64,000 bases of DNA from Salinispira sp. (GTDB taxonomy: Bacteria; Spirochaetota; Spirochaetia; DSM-27196; Salinispiraceae). Positions 19,847-28,486 of the stretch are shown here, piece after piece. The stretch covers positions 3,712,001 through 3,776,000 of the forward strand of contig OZ271918.1 of NCBI GenBank assembly GCA_965602015.1, written 5' to 3'. The first letter of the stretch is position 1; each line of letters begins with the position of its first letter. Made by a program: the position numbers and the translations under genes. The notes under the pieces are model-generated. The model searched no databases, had not been told where the DNA came from, and worked only from the letters and a program-made list of their open reading frames with translations.

Positions 19847-20338
19847 CTATGCCGGCGTTTTTTTATTCATGTAATATCCGTGAGCGTAGGTGCCGACCAG
19901 GAAGCCGAATATGGTGAACAGGCTGCCAAGTTTGCCTTCGCCCAGCATCGCCAGGGCGGTTCCCGGACATGCGCCAGCAAGTCCCCAGCCGATGCCGAAA
20001 ATCAGGGAGCCGGGCACCAGGCCTTTTTTCCAGGGCTTTCCGGGGTAGCGGGCGGGCTTGAAGCTGATGAGGGTCTTTGCCTTGACCGCCTTGAGTATGA
20101 GATTTCCCGCAAGGCCGACCCCTGCGGCCACCGCGATGACCCACAAAAGCTGCAGGTCCTGAAAGAGGAACAGTTTCGGGTAGAAATCATAGGTGGTGGC
20201 CCCCGCCCGGCTGAGCAGGAAGCCGAATAACGCGCCGAGGGCAATAAAAAGGATGCGCCCGGTCAGGGACTTGCCCGCTACGATGCGCGCCCTGCTGTCT
20301 TCGCCTGCGTTGGCGGCGTTGTGGGTTATGTCGGACAT
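19847..20338 (-). CDS. YeeE/YedE family sulfur-compound transporter subunit
   Basis: GSLIFGIGWGLAGACPG motif. Confidence 0.88.
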   Translation of the reverse strand: MSDITHNAANAGEDSRARIVAGKSLTGRILFIALGALFGFLLSRAGATTYDFYPKLFLFQDLQLLWVIAVAAGVGLAGNLILKAVKAKTLISFKPARYPGKPWKKGLVPGSLIFGIGWGLAGACPGTALAMLGEGKLGSLFTIFGFLVGTYAHGYYMNKKTPA

Positions 20339-20339
20339 A

Positions 20340-20864
20340 TCAGCCTCCTATTCCCAGAGCCGGGAGAATATTGAACAAGAACTGGACGATAATTATCCCT
20401 CCGGCAAAGAAGCCCGCCGATGCGACTATGCTGGGAGGATTAAGCAGGGCCAGGCCGCTGATTGAATGACCCGATGTACAGCCTCCGGCCATCCGACTTC
20501 CCAAGCCGATAAGGACACCGCCTGCGCTCAGCACCAGGGCTCTGAGGGGAAGGGCGGCGGGAAGAACCGAATCGTACAGCTCTCCCAGTGAAAAACTCGG
20601 CACAATGGGCCCCGGACTGGTCAGCGCGGCAATGAGTCCTCCCAGGGGAATTCCAATGATGAACCACAGACGCCAGTTGAAATTATCCTCAAAACTTCCG
20701 CGGTGGAAAAACGGCAGCCGGGAAAACATGCCGCACACATTGCCGAAGGCGGTGCTGACGCCCAGCGGATGTCCGCTGATAATGAGTTGGAACAGCAAGT
20801 ATGAACCGATGGCGATGCCGCCGACCCAGCCCTGCCAGAATATTACGGTGGTGATTTCACTCAT
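20340..20864 (-). CDS. YeeE/YedE family sulfur-compound transporter subunit
   Basis: GGVLIGLGSRMAGGCTSGH motif; AGGAGG SD. Confidence 0.9.
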   Translation of the reverse strand: MSEITTVIFWQGWVGGIAIGSYLLFQLIISGHPLGVSTAFGNVCGMFSRLPFFHRGSFEDNFNWRLWFIIGIPLGGLIAALTSPGPIVPSFSLGELYDSVLPAALPLRALVLSAGGVLIGLGSRMAGGCTSGHSISGLALLNPPSIVASAGFFAGGIIIVQFLFNILPALGIGG

Positions 20865-20938
20865 AATCCCTCCTGAGCATATATTGTGACCTGTTTCTAA
20901 TATTCTTAGAATACAGTATGAATATAATAAACCCGGAA

Positions 20939-20956
20939 TATATACTCAAGTATATA
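20939..20956. promoter_or_regulatory. Perfect 8-2-8 palindrome, candidate repressor operator
   Basis: TATATACT-CA-AGTATATA in the AT-rich divergent intergenic region. Confidence 0.45.
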
Positions 20957-20991
20957 AATAGGGTAAGTCGACAATATGCGGGGAGGACTGG

Positions 20992-22122
20992 GTGATCCAG
21001 GCTTTTTTGCGATTAATAGGATTCACTCTCCTGGGCTACCTGATTTTCTCCCCACGCAGCCTGCGCGAACGGCTCCTGCCGGCCCTCACTTTTGCGGTAG
21101 TGAATGTTCTCTTTCCCCTGTACTCCATAACCCGATACGGCATGAACTGGGATTCCGCTGTGCGCGCCGGAGGGTCCTGGCTTGTGTGGTTTTTTTTCAT
21201 CGGCATTGGGACCCTTTTTATCCAGTACGTTTTGGGAAGGTGCCTGCTCCTGCGGCCCGGGGTTTTTCCCGCGCTGCGGGACGCGCATCGACGGGAGTTC
21301 CTACTGCTGTTCTCGATTCACAATGCGGGATACATTCCCCTGCCCATCCTCCAGGCAATAGCTCCGCCGGAGGTGACGGTGTACATGTTTTCCTATGTTC
21401 TGGCATTTCAACTGGTCTTCTGGAGCCTCGCCGTCAGCATCTTTGTCGGCGGGGGCCGTACCGACGGTGGCGGACAGACCGACGGCGGGGGCTGTACCGA
21501 CGGTGGCGAACAGACCGCCGACCACGGCGCAGGCCTGGAATCCGGCGGGAGGGCATCGCTTGTGAATGAGCCGCACAGGCAGGCCGATGCCCGGCAAAGC
21601 CCCCGGATTCGGTTCAAACTCACCATGCCCCTGGCTGGACTGGCGGCGGGCCTGATTCTCGCATCAAGCGGGGTGTATCAATTGATGCCGCGGGCGCTTC
21701 TCCGGCCGTTGGAAATAATAAGCGGATATGCCATGGATGGGGTTCTTGTGGTCCTGGGCGGCATCCTGGCGGGCATACCGCACCAGCGCCTAGGCGAGCA
21801 TCGCGAGTTTGTTTCGTTTATTTACATCAGGCAGCTCGCCTTTCCGGCGGCGGTGCTGGGATTAATGCTGGTGCTCCGGCTGATATTCGCTCCCGCCGGC
21901 CTGGCTTCGGGCAGGCCGATAGGTATCGGCGATACCTGGCGCTGGCTCCAACTGGTTCTGGTGCTGGAAGCGGCGGTTCCCCCGGCGACAAACCTGGCCA
22001 TTGCCGCCCGAGCCTACGGCAGCCGGGAACAGCTTGAGTACACCGGAACCGGACTCATCCTCAGTTACCTGGCAAGCGCCGCGGGAATCCCGCTGTTCGT
22101 GGTGCTCGCCATGCTACTTTAA
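20992..22122 (+). CDS. AEC (auxin efflux carrier) family transporter
   Basis: NAGYIPLPI and LEAAVPPA motifs; about 10 TM segments; GGAGG SD with GTG start. Confidence 0.85.
   Translation: MIQAFLRLIGFTLLGYLIFSPRSLRERLLPALTFAVVNVLFPLYSITRYGMNWDSAVRAGGSWLVWFFFIGIGTLFIQYVLGRCLLLRPGVFPALRDAHRREFLLLFSIHNAGYIPLPILQAIAPPEVTVYMFSYVLAFQLVFWSLAVSIFVGGGRTDGGGQTDGGGCTDGGEQTADHGAGLESGGRASLVNEPHRQADARQSPRIRFKLTMPLAGLAAGLILASSGVYQLMPRALLRPLEIISGYAMDGVLVVLGGILAGIPHQRLGEHREFVSFIYIRQLAFPAAVLGLMLVLRLIFAPAGLASGRPIGIGDTWRWLQLVLVLEAAVPPATNLAIAARAYGSREQLEYTGTGLILSYLASAAGIPLFVVLAMLL
21448..21517 (+). repeat. In-frame 18-bp tandem repeat in the central loop of the AEC transporter
   Basis: ACCGACGG at 21460, 21478 and 21496, degenerate at 21514; encodes TDGGGx repeats. 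Confidence 0.85.
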
Positions 22123-22821
22123 GCTGATGATGTCCCAGTCGCCCTTTTTGGCGTGACGGCGGAGCACCGGGTCGGGATTTGTGGCGACGGGATAGCCGAC
22201 CTTAACCATCATTCCCAGGTCGATTACGCTGTCGCTGTAAAATGCCGTCTCTTCCAGAGGAATATGCCGCTCCCGAAGCAGCTCGTTGGTCCGCCGAAGT
22301 TTCTCGAGTCCGTAACAGGGGCGGCCGTCTACTTCCCCGGTGCAAATTCCGTCCCGGTATTCCATTTCGGTGGTGACCACATGGCTGGATGGAATCTTAA
22401 GGAACTCCGCAAGCGGGCGGATAATAAAATCCAGGCTGGCTGTGGCTAAAATAATGAGGCAGCCCCGGGCCTGGTGCTGCCTGATGAGGGCGATGCCGTC
22501 GGGGTATATCGACTTGATGATGAAGCGTAGAAATACCTCATCCGCCAGGTCATCGAGAAGACTCCGGGGAAGGTCGCTGAGAAACGGCAGGCTTCGGGGA
22601 AGATTTGCCGTGGAGGCAATGCCGTATTTAACCTGAAAGTGGAGCCACGCCGAGCGCAGCAGCATCCGAGGGGGAATCAGGCGGTGCTTCAAGGCCACCC
22701 GGGCGAAGGCGATGGTGCTGGAGCGCTGCAACAATGTGTAGTCCACATCGAATACCGCTGCCCTGGCCTGCATTGCCCTGATGTGTTGGAAAGAGTTGGA
22801 GGGGTATTCGCTAGTCTTCAA
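22114..22821 (-). CDS. HAD-IB family hydrolase (SerB-like)
   Basis: AVFDVDYTL, ATAS, YSDSVIDL, VATNPD. Start uncertain. Confidence 0.88.
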   Translation of the reverse strand: MKTSEYPSNSFQHIRAMQARAAVFDVDYTLLQRSSTIAFARVALKHRLIPPRMLLRSAWLHFQVKYGIASTANLPRSLPFLSDLPRSLLDDLADEVFLRFIIKSIYPDGIALIRQHQARGCLIILATASLDFIIRPLAEFLKIPSSHVVTTEMEYRDGICTGEVDGRPCYGLEKLRRTNELLRERHIPLEETAFYSDSVIDLGMMVKVGYPVATNPDPVLRRHAKKGDWDIISLK

Positions 22822-24157
22822 GGATGGCCGCGTCCTCCTGCTGCGTCGAGCCGTCGGCAGCGCTATTGAGCAGATCGAAGAATCCCGGAAAGGTTACCGC
22901 CGCCGCCTCGGCGTCGGTGACCCTCATTTCACCGTCGCTTGCCAGACCGGCAATGGAGCAGGCCATAACGATGCGGTGGTCGCCGTGTCCCTCCACCAGT
23001 GCGCCGCGGACCGGGCCGCCCTTAATGACCATGCCGTCGGACAACTCCCGGCAGTCCACAGTCATTTTTTTGAGTTCTCCGGTCATACAGGCAATGCGGT
23101 CGGTCTCCTTTAGTCGGGCCTGAGGGACATTTACCAGCCATGTCTCGCCCCGGGCAAAAGCGGCGGTGACCGCCAGGGCCGGAAGGCTGTCGGGAATGTC
23201 GTTGAGATCGAAGGTCCCGCCCTTCAGCGACCCCGCCGGTGGTCCTTCCACCACAATGCCGTCGCCCTCCGATTCGATGCCGCATCCCATTTTTTTCAGG
23301 ATGTCGAGCACCGCCTTGTCTCCCTGGCTGTCGTTGAGGTCCAGGCCGCGGAGCACCAAGCGGCTGCCGGTGACCGCAGCGGCGCAAGCGAAAAATGTCG
23401 CCGAGGAGAAATCCCCGGGAACCGCCTTTTCAAATGCCCGGTACCGTTGGCCTCCGGGGATGATGAGGGTTTTCCAGTCCCGGTTCTCGTACTCGATGCC
23501 CTGCTCATCGAGCCACGCTGCGGTGAGTTCCGCATAGGGTTTTTCCATCAGCAGCGGCACATCTATCTGAGCCAGGCTGCCCTTGCTCATCAAGGGGCAG
23601 GCTAGCATCAGGCTCGAGAGAAACTGGCTCGTGGGGCATTCGATGCTGGTCCGGCCTCCCTTCAAGGGGCCCCGGACCACGAAGGGCGCGGCGTCGACTT
23701 CACCCCGTGTGGTGTAGGCTTCGGCTCCCAAATCCTCAAGGGCCGCAAGGAGCCGGCGAATGGGGCGCGAACGGATCTGTTCGTCGCCTGTAAAAACGCT
23801 GTAGCCCGGCGACAGGGCCGCAAGGCCTGCGGAAAGATACAATGTGGTTCCCGAGTTTCCCGTATCGATTACATCATCGGGAGCTTGATGAAGTATTCCG
23901 CCCTTTTGTCCTCCGACCCCCCGTATTCTCAGGGCGTTGGGAAAACCCAGGGCGCCGCCGGGTATCTCCTCCACCTCAGCGCCGAAAAGCCTCACCGTAT
24001 GAATGCAGGACCGGGTGTCCCGGCTGTCCAGGGGGTTGGCGACAACGCTCTCGCCGTCGGCCATTGATGCGATCAAGAGGGCGCGAATGGTGTGGGATTT
24101 GGACGCGGGAATAAGAACGCTTCCGTCCAGCTTTGATTGTGAGATGCGGGCGAACAT
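22811..24157 (-). CDS. aroA: 3-phosphoshikimate 1-carboxyvinyltransferase (EPSP synthase)
   Basis: PASKSHTIRA, GNSGTT, TSQFLS, RLKETDR, DHRIVM. Confidence 0.97.
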   Translation of the reverse strand: MFARISQSKLDGSVLIPASKSHTIRALLIASMADGESVVANPLDSRDTRSCIHTVRLFGAEVEEIPGGALGFPNALRIRGVGGQKGGILHQAPDDVIDTGNSGTTLYLSAGLAALSPGYSVFTGDEQIRSRPIRRLLAALEDLGAEAYTTRGEVDAAPFVVRGPLKGGRTSIECPTSQFLSSLMLACPLMSKGSLAQIDVPLLMEKPYAELTAAWLDEQGIEYENRDWKTLIIPGGQRYRAFEKAVPGDFSSATFFACAAAVTGSRLVLRGLDLNDSQGDKAVLDILKKMGCGIESEGDGIVVEGPPAGSLKGGTFDLNDIPDSLPALAVTAAFARGETWLVNVPQARLKETDRIACMTGELKKMTVDCRELSDGMVIKGGPVRGALVEGHGDHRIVMACSIAGLASDGEMRVTDAEAAAVTFPGFFDLLNSAADGSTQQEDAAILED

Positions 24158-24178
24158 GACTGTTGTCCTTTGCTTCTT

Positions 24179-24568
24179 CTAAATATAGCCCCGATACCCC
24201 ATGTCGGTTTCCCGGATGTGATGGAGTATCCAGTCTTTTAAAAAGTTCAGGGTTTCAAGGGTGAGAAACTTTCCGCCGTCTTCGAAGCGTTCTTTAAGCT
24301 CAAAAACGTCTATCATGAGCTTTTTATGTTCCCTGGCATGGGCGTCTTTCTCGGGATAGTCGGTGAGATTAAACAGCATTTCTTCGGTGCGGAAATGCAT
24401 TTCCACGTATTCCGTCAGGGAGGTAAAAACATGGGAGAGGGCCTGTTGACCCTTTCCGCTGTTCATCGCTTCGTGAAGTTCATTTATCAGATCGAGGAGT
24501 CCCCGGTGCTGGGCATCGATGGCGGGGTTTCCGACGCTGTATTCATCGCTCCAGACTAAGAACGCCAT
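24179..24568 (-). CDS. Bacteriohemerythrin
   Basis: WSDEYSVG, IDAQH, HFRTEE, HAREH, HHIRETD; GGAGG SD. Confidence 0.93.
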   Translation of the reverse strand: MAFLVWSDEYSVGNPAIDAQHRGLLDLINELHEAMNSGKGQQALSHVFTSLTEYVEMHFRTEEMLFNLTDYPEKDAHAREHKKLMIDVFELKERFEDGGKFLTLETLNFLKDWILHHIRETDMGYRGYI

Positions 24569-24652
24569 GATAAACCTCCTCCGGCTGTGTATGGGGTGCA
24601 AATAGGGCCCATAGGTCCTATGATCTTTTTATTATATTCCGATAATAAAGCC

Positions 24653-25897
24653 ATGGAAAAGACGATGCGCAGATTTTTTGTCCTGATTCTGATATTGATA
24701 ATGACGGCTTCCGCGGCCCTGTCCGCCGGGGACGTGTACAGTGAAGATTTTTTCTGGGCCCTGAATCTTACAGAGACCTGGGTGCTCCTCGATTACGATG
24801 GGGAGAACGGCATTGTGTCCTTTTCCGACCGGGAGGGCCACGCGATAATGCAGGTAATGGTGCGCAATCCCGATGTGACCGATGATGCCTCCCAGCTGCT
24901 CGACACGGTGGTCCAGGGCCTCGGCGCCCAGGGCGACATTGCTCCCTTTGCTTTTTCCGGGCACGGAGCATCACTGGCCGACGCCAGCTGGAACGCCGGC
25001 TCGGTTCCCGTGCGGGGCTACCTGGTGGCCATCGACGACAAGCCGCTGGATTCCGGCGCCGTCCAATATCCCTACGATTACATCATTATGGTGTTCGCCC
25101 TGGAGGGCGAATACGACGTGTATCACGATTTCCTCTTGAGCAACCTGGACGGATTTGCGCCGCTGGAGCGGGAATACCACATGCCCGGTGCGGTGAGCCA
25201 ATTCATCCGCTCCACCGGGGGAAGCCCGGTATCGGTCTTTGATCCCCAGCCCCCGGCTGAACCGCCGCTCTCACTGTCGCCCGAGCGCTTTAGTCCCATG
25301 GCGGCCCTGCCCATCGGCGGCGGTACCCAGGCCGACGTGGAAGCCGCCTGGGCCACCATAGAGCGCGAGGGCCGTATTCTGCAGCAGTTCGCCAATGCGC
25401 CGCCTGAAATCCGCACCATGGCCTGGCGGCGCTACTACCAAATGCTGTACACCGATGCCTACTACGATATGAGGGCGCCGGCCGAGGTAATCTCCGGCAG
25501 ACTGGAAGCCCATGGGGTCATCCACAGCGAACTTCCGGCTGAAATCCTCAACTGGCTGCAGGGCTTCGGCTACCAGAGATCCGGGGGAATAAGCGATGTG
25601 GAACCCGCCTGGGTCTGCATCGCCAATGAGTCGGGAGACTGCGACTCATTGGGTCTGATGTACATGGCCCTGCTGCAGCACCTGGGCATTGATTCGGTGC
25701 TGATGATAAGCGAGGTCCACGCCCACGCCATTGTCGGGGTAGACACCCCGGGGCCTGGCGCCCGTTTCCCCTTCCTGGAAAAGCAATGGCTGGTGGCCGA
25801 GCTCACCGCCGAGGTGCCTATCGGTATGATCGCCCCCGACCAGGCCGACCCCGTGGACTGGATGGGCTTCGATCTGGATTTCCACCCAGAGTGGTAG
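24653..25897 (+). CDS. Secreted protein with C-terminal transglutaminase-like (Cys-His-acid) domain
   Basis: Signal peptide; SGDCDS...HAIVGV...WLVAELT pattern. Start 24653 or 24665. Confidence 0.7.
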   Translation: MEKTMRRFFVLILILIMTASAALSAGDVYSEDFFWALNLTETWVLLDYDGENGIVSFSDREGHAIMQVMVRNPDVTDDASQLLDTVVQGLGAQGDIAPFAFSGHGASLADASWNAGSVPVRGYLVAIDDKPLDSGAVQYPYDYIIMVFALEGEYDVYHDFLLSNLDGFAPLEREYHMPGAVSQFIRSTGGSPVSVFDPQPPAEPPLSLSPERFSPMAALPIGGGTQADVEAAWATIEREGRILQQFANAPPEIRTMAWRRYYQMLYTDAYYDMRAPAEVISGRLEAHGVIHSELPAEILNWLQGFGYQRSGGISDVEPAWVCIANESGDCDSLGLMYMALLQHLGIDSVLMISEVHAHAIVGVDTPGPGARFPFLEKQWLVAELTAEVPIGMIAPDQADPVDWMGFDLDFHPEW

Positions 25898-25930
25898 GCT
25901 ATGAATCGCGCATAGACGGTTCGAAATGCA
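25856..25930 (+). repeat. 75-bp direct repeat, left copy (includes 3' end of upstream gene)
   Basis: Matches 28287-28361 with 4 mismatches. Confidence 0.92.
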
Positions 25931-26115
25931 ATGGGCCCGGAAATTTCATCCTAATTTTCTTTTTCAATATTTGCCAATTTCTAAAGTGATAGTGTTAAAT
26001 TTTTTTTTACTATTACAGCCATAACATGAAAAAAATAGTATATAATCCTATCGGTCAGTAATAATTGCAATGGAAATTGTACTATTCAGTTTTTGATATC
26101 CTGATAGGAGAAGCT

Positions 26116-28095
26116 ATGAGATTAAATGTAACTAACTGCGTTATCGGAATATTGGCGTTAATAATGCTGCTAATTATAGGCTGTGATTTCGGTCCGACGA
26201 ATCCCCTAAATGAAACCGGTTCAGTAAAAATCAACATAACCGAGCGAGTATCCAGGAGCATCCTGCCTGATATCTCTATGGATCCGACCAGCTATCGCAT
26301 TAAACTTACCGGACCAGATGGGCTTTTGGAAGAGCAAATAGTCAATATCGGAGAGGCCCTCTTCGAAGATCTTCGGTTCGGCGCTTGGGAAGTTCAGGTG
26401 GTCGCCTATAATTCAGCCGATATTTCAATCGGACATGGGGAGCAAACCGTTGAGGTTTACCCCAATGAAACTTCTCAGGTGCAAATCTCAGTTATTCCCT
26501 ATGAAGGATTCGGAAGTTTGGATTTGGAAATCTTATGGGAAGCGGATGAGGTGAGCCACCCCGAAATCTCAGCAAACCTTACCCCTTCAAGCGGCACTGC
26601 ACGCGAACTAGAATTCACCTTGGGATCAGCGAATGCGCATTATTTTGCCGACGATGTTCCCACAGGATATCATACGCTTATAATTCAGCTTTTGGATAAT
26701 GGCTTCCTCGTTTCAGGAGCGGTTGAAGTCGTCCGGATTATCGACCAGCAAACCAGCGCAGCCAGCCTTGAGTTTTATGACATCAATCAGGCAACCGGCG
26801 TACTGGACATCAGCATAAATACCGATCTGCAGAATCCCCTTGAAGTTAGCATCAGTGGTGCTGGAGAAACCAAATTAATAAATGAATCCATGGAACTCAC
26901 TGCGTCCGTTGAGGACTATTCGGAAAATATTGTCTATGTATGGTATATAAACGGCGAAGCAGTCGGAGCTGGTATAGATTTCACGCTCGGGGACGCTTTA
27001 CCGATTGGGTATTATAACGTGGATGTGACAGCATTTTCTATCGACGGTAAACAGGCGGGAAGTGCGAATGCAAAAATTCAGATTGTCGATAGTATCAACC
27101 TCGATTTTAATGACGCGTCGAACTATACCTTTTTACCATCATCCTACGGAAGATATTTAAAATTTTGGGAAGACTATGCATTTGTTGTGGACCATAATCA
27201 AAACAATGCTTTGTTGGTTTTCGATATCAGTAATCCTGATTCGCCGCAACTTCTTCAGACACACAGCAGGATTCCCGGCGTCGCCTGGCACAATATCTGC
27301 ATAATTGATGGCTACATCTATGCTGCGAATTCTAAACCTCAAGGGACTGCTGAATATTCAACGGTATCGGTGTATCGTTTAGAATCGAATGGTGAGCTAC
27401 AACATGTAGACTCATTAATATTCACTGCAAGAGATTCCGGATCAAAATACTGGTCATATATCTTTGAGGATAATGGGTTTCTCTATGTCTTTGACAGAAA
27501 TGCCGCCGACGCATTGATGAAGTACTCGATTGATCAGTCTGGCAGCCTATCTTTTGAATCTGAGATACCCATACCCAATTTGAGGACTCCTGATGAGTTT
27601 CAAGCTATTAGGGTTGGGGCAGGGAATTTTTCGCTATCATGGCGTTTTCTGAGTGGGCAGACGTATGTTTATCGGACTTCATTTTATAGCTTGGCTGGAA
27701 ATATAATTGAATATCTTTCTACCTTGGATAATGTTAGCAAAGCCATGCCTGTGCTTGATGGCTACTTCCTGCTCTCAGCTAATTATGATTTATATGATCC
27801 CTATACTGATACGCGGATTCCCCAAGATATAAGCTCCTATGATTCGGAAATTTACGCAAATCTACGATTTGGAGGGCACCCCGAGGATTCAAGGATGCGA
27901 GGAATTGATGAATTACTCTTCCGCGGCTTTAGAAATCCAGAAACCAACTCCCTGCAATTTCTCGTGCGGAAAATTAGTGAGAATGGTGTTGTCACAGTAA
28001 TTGCTGATGAAGCGGAGGTCCCGGGGAATCATTACTCAATTGTTACTGCGAAGGTATACCGAGGTCGGGTCTATTTTACTTCGGGGAGCACATAA
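26116..28095 (+). CDS. Lipoprotein with Ig-like N-terminal domains and probable LVIVD-like beta-propeller
   Basis: AGGAG SD, LIIGC lipobox, YVWYING, YAFVVD...LLVFDISNPDSP. Confidence 0.75.
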   Translation: MRLNVTNCVIGILALIMLLIIGCDFGPTNPLNETGSVKINITERVSRSILPDISMDPTSYRIKLTGPDGLLEEQIVNIGEALFEDLRFGAWEVQVVAYNSADISIGHGEQTVEVYPNETSQVQISVIPYEGFGSLDLEILWEADEVSHPEISANLTPSSGTARELEFTLGSANAHYFADDVPTGYHTLIIQLLDNGFLVSGAVEVVRIIDQQTSAASLEFYDINQATGVLDISINTDLQNPLEVSISGAGETKLINESMELTASVEDYSENIVYVWYINGEAVGAGIDFTLGDALPIGYYNVDVTAFSIDGKQAGSANAKIQIVDSINLDFNDASNYTFLPSSYGRYLKFWEDYAFVVDHNQNNALLVFDISNPDSPQLLQTHSRIPGVAWHNICIIDGYIYAANSKPQGTAEYSTVSVYRLESNGELQHVDSLIFTARDSGSKYWSYIFEDNGFLYVFDRNAADALMKYSIDQSGSLSFESEIPIPNLRTPDEFQAIRVGAGNFSLSWRFLSGQTYVYRTSFYSLAGNIIEYLSTLDNVSKAMPVLDGYFLLSANYDLYDPYTDTRIPQDISSYDSEIYANLRFGGHPEDSRMRGIDELLFRGFRNPETNSLQFLVRKISENGVVTVIADEAEVPGNHYSIVTAKVYRGRVYFTSGST

Positions 28096-28286
28096 TAAAT
28101 ACTGCGAACTAATGAAATCTCTGATATCTCTAATATTTGTATTAGGAACAATTTACTAACAACTCGCTGGTTTGTATCGAAACGTTTTGTAGTTTGATGA
28201 TCTCCTTAGGGAGAGCCACAAAGATTCATGAGATTTGCAGAGAGCATTGCAAGCAACGATGGTACATGTGACATATCCGACCTGCC

Positions 28287-28361
28287 GACTGGATAGGCTT
28301 CGATCTGGATTTCCACCCCGAATGGTAGGCTATGAATCCCGCATAGACGGTTCGAAATGCA
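28287..28361 (+). repeat. 75-bp direct repeat, right copy
   Basis: Encodes an orphan DWIGFDLDFHPEW-stop, duplicating the C-terminus of the 24653-25897 product. Confidence 0.92.
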
Positions 28362-28486
28362 TAATAGCCCCGGAATATCCGTCCGGGGCTGCAAATGATA
28401 AATCCTCGATATTGGAATGTTTTTTTCCTCGTTATATAGTTATAGAGACAAGTTCCGCACAGCTCAGGTCTCATTAAGGAGTACTC

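Larger units (their letters stand above)
25856..28361. mobile_element. AT-rich single-gene islet bounded by 75-bp direct repeats; no integrase inside
   Basis: Direct repeats 2431 bp apart; abrupt compositional shift at about 25940; one cargo ORF. Confidence 0.7.

Noticed and set aside
28096..28200. Read-through extension of the islet lipoprotein
   Set aside because: About 32 open codons follow two tandem TAA stops, with no recoding signal; compatible with chance.
25856..28361. Diversity-generating retroelement TR/VR pair or integron cassette
   Set aside because: Mismatches are not confined to adenines of one copy, no reverse transcriptase or integron integrase is present, and no attC-like palindrome was seen.
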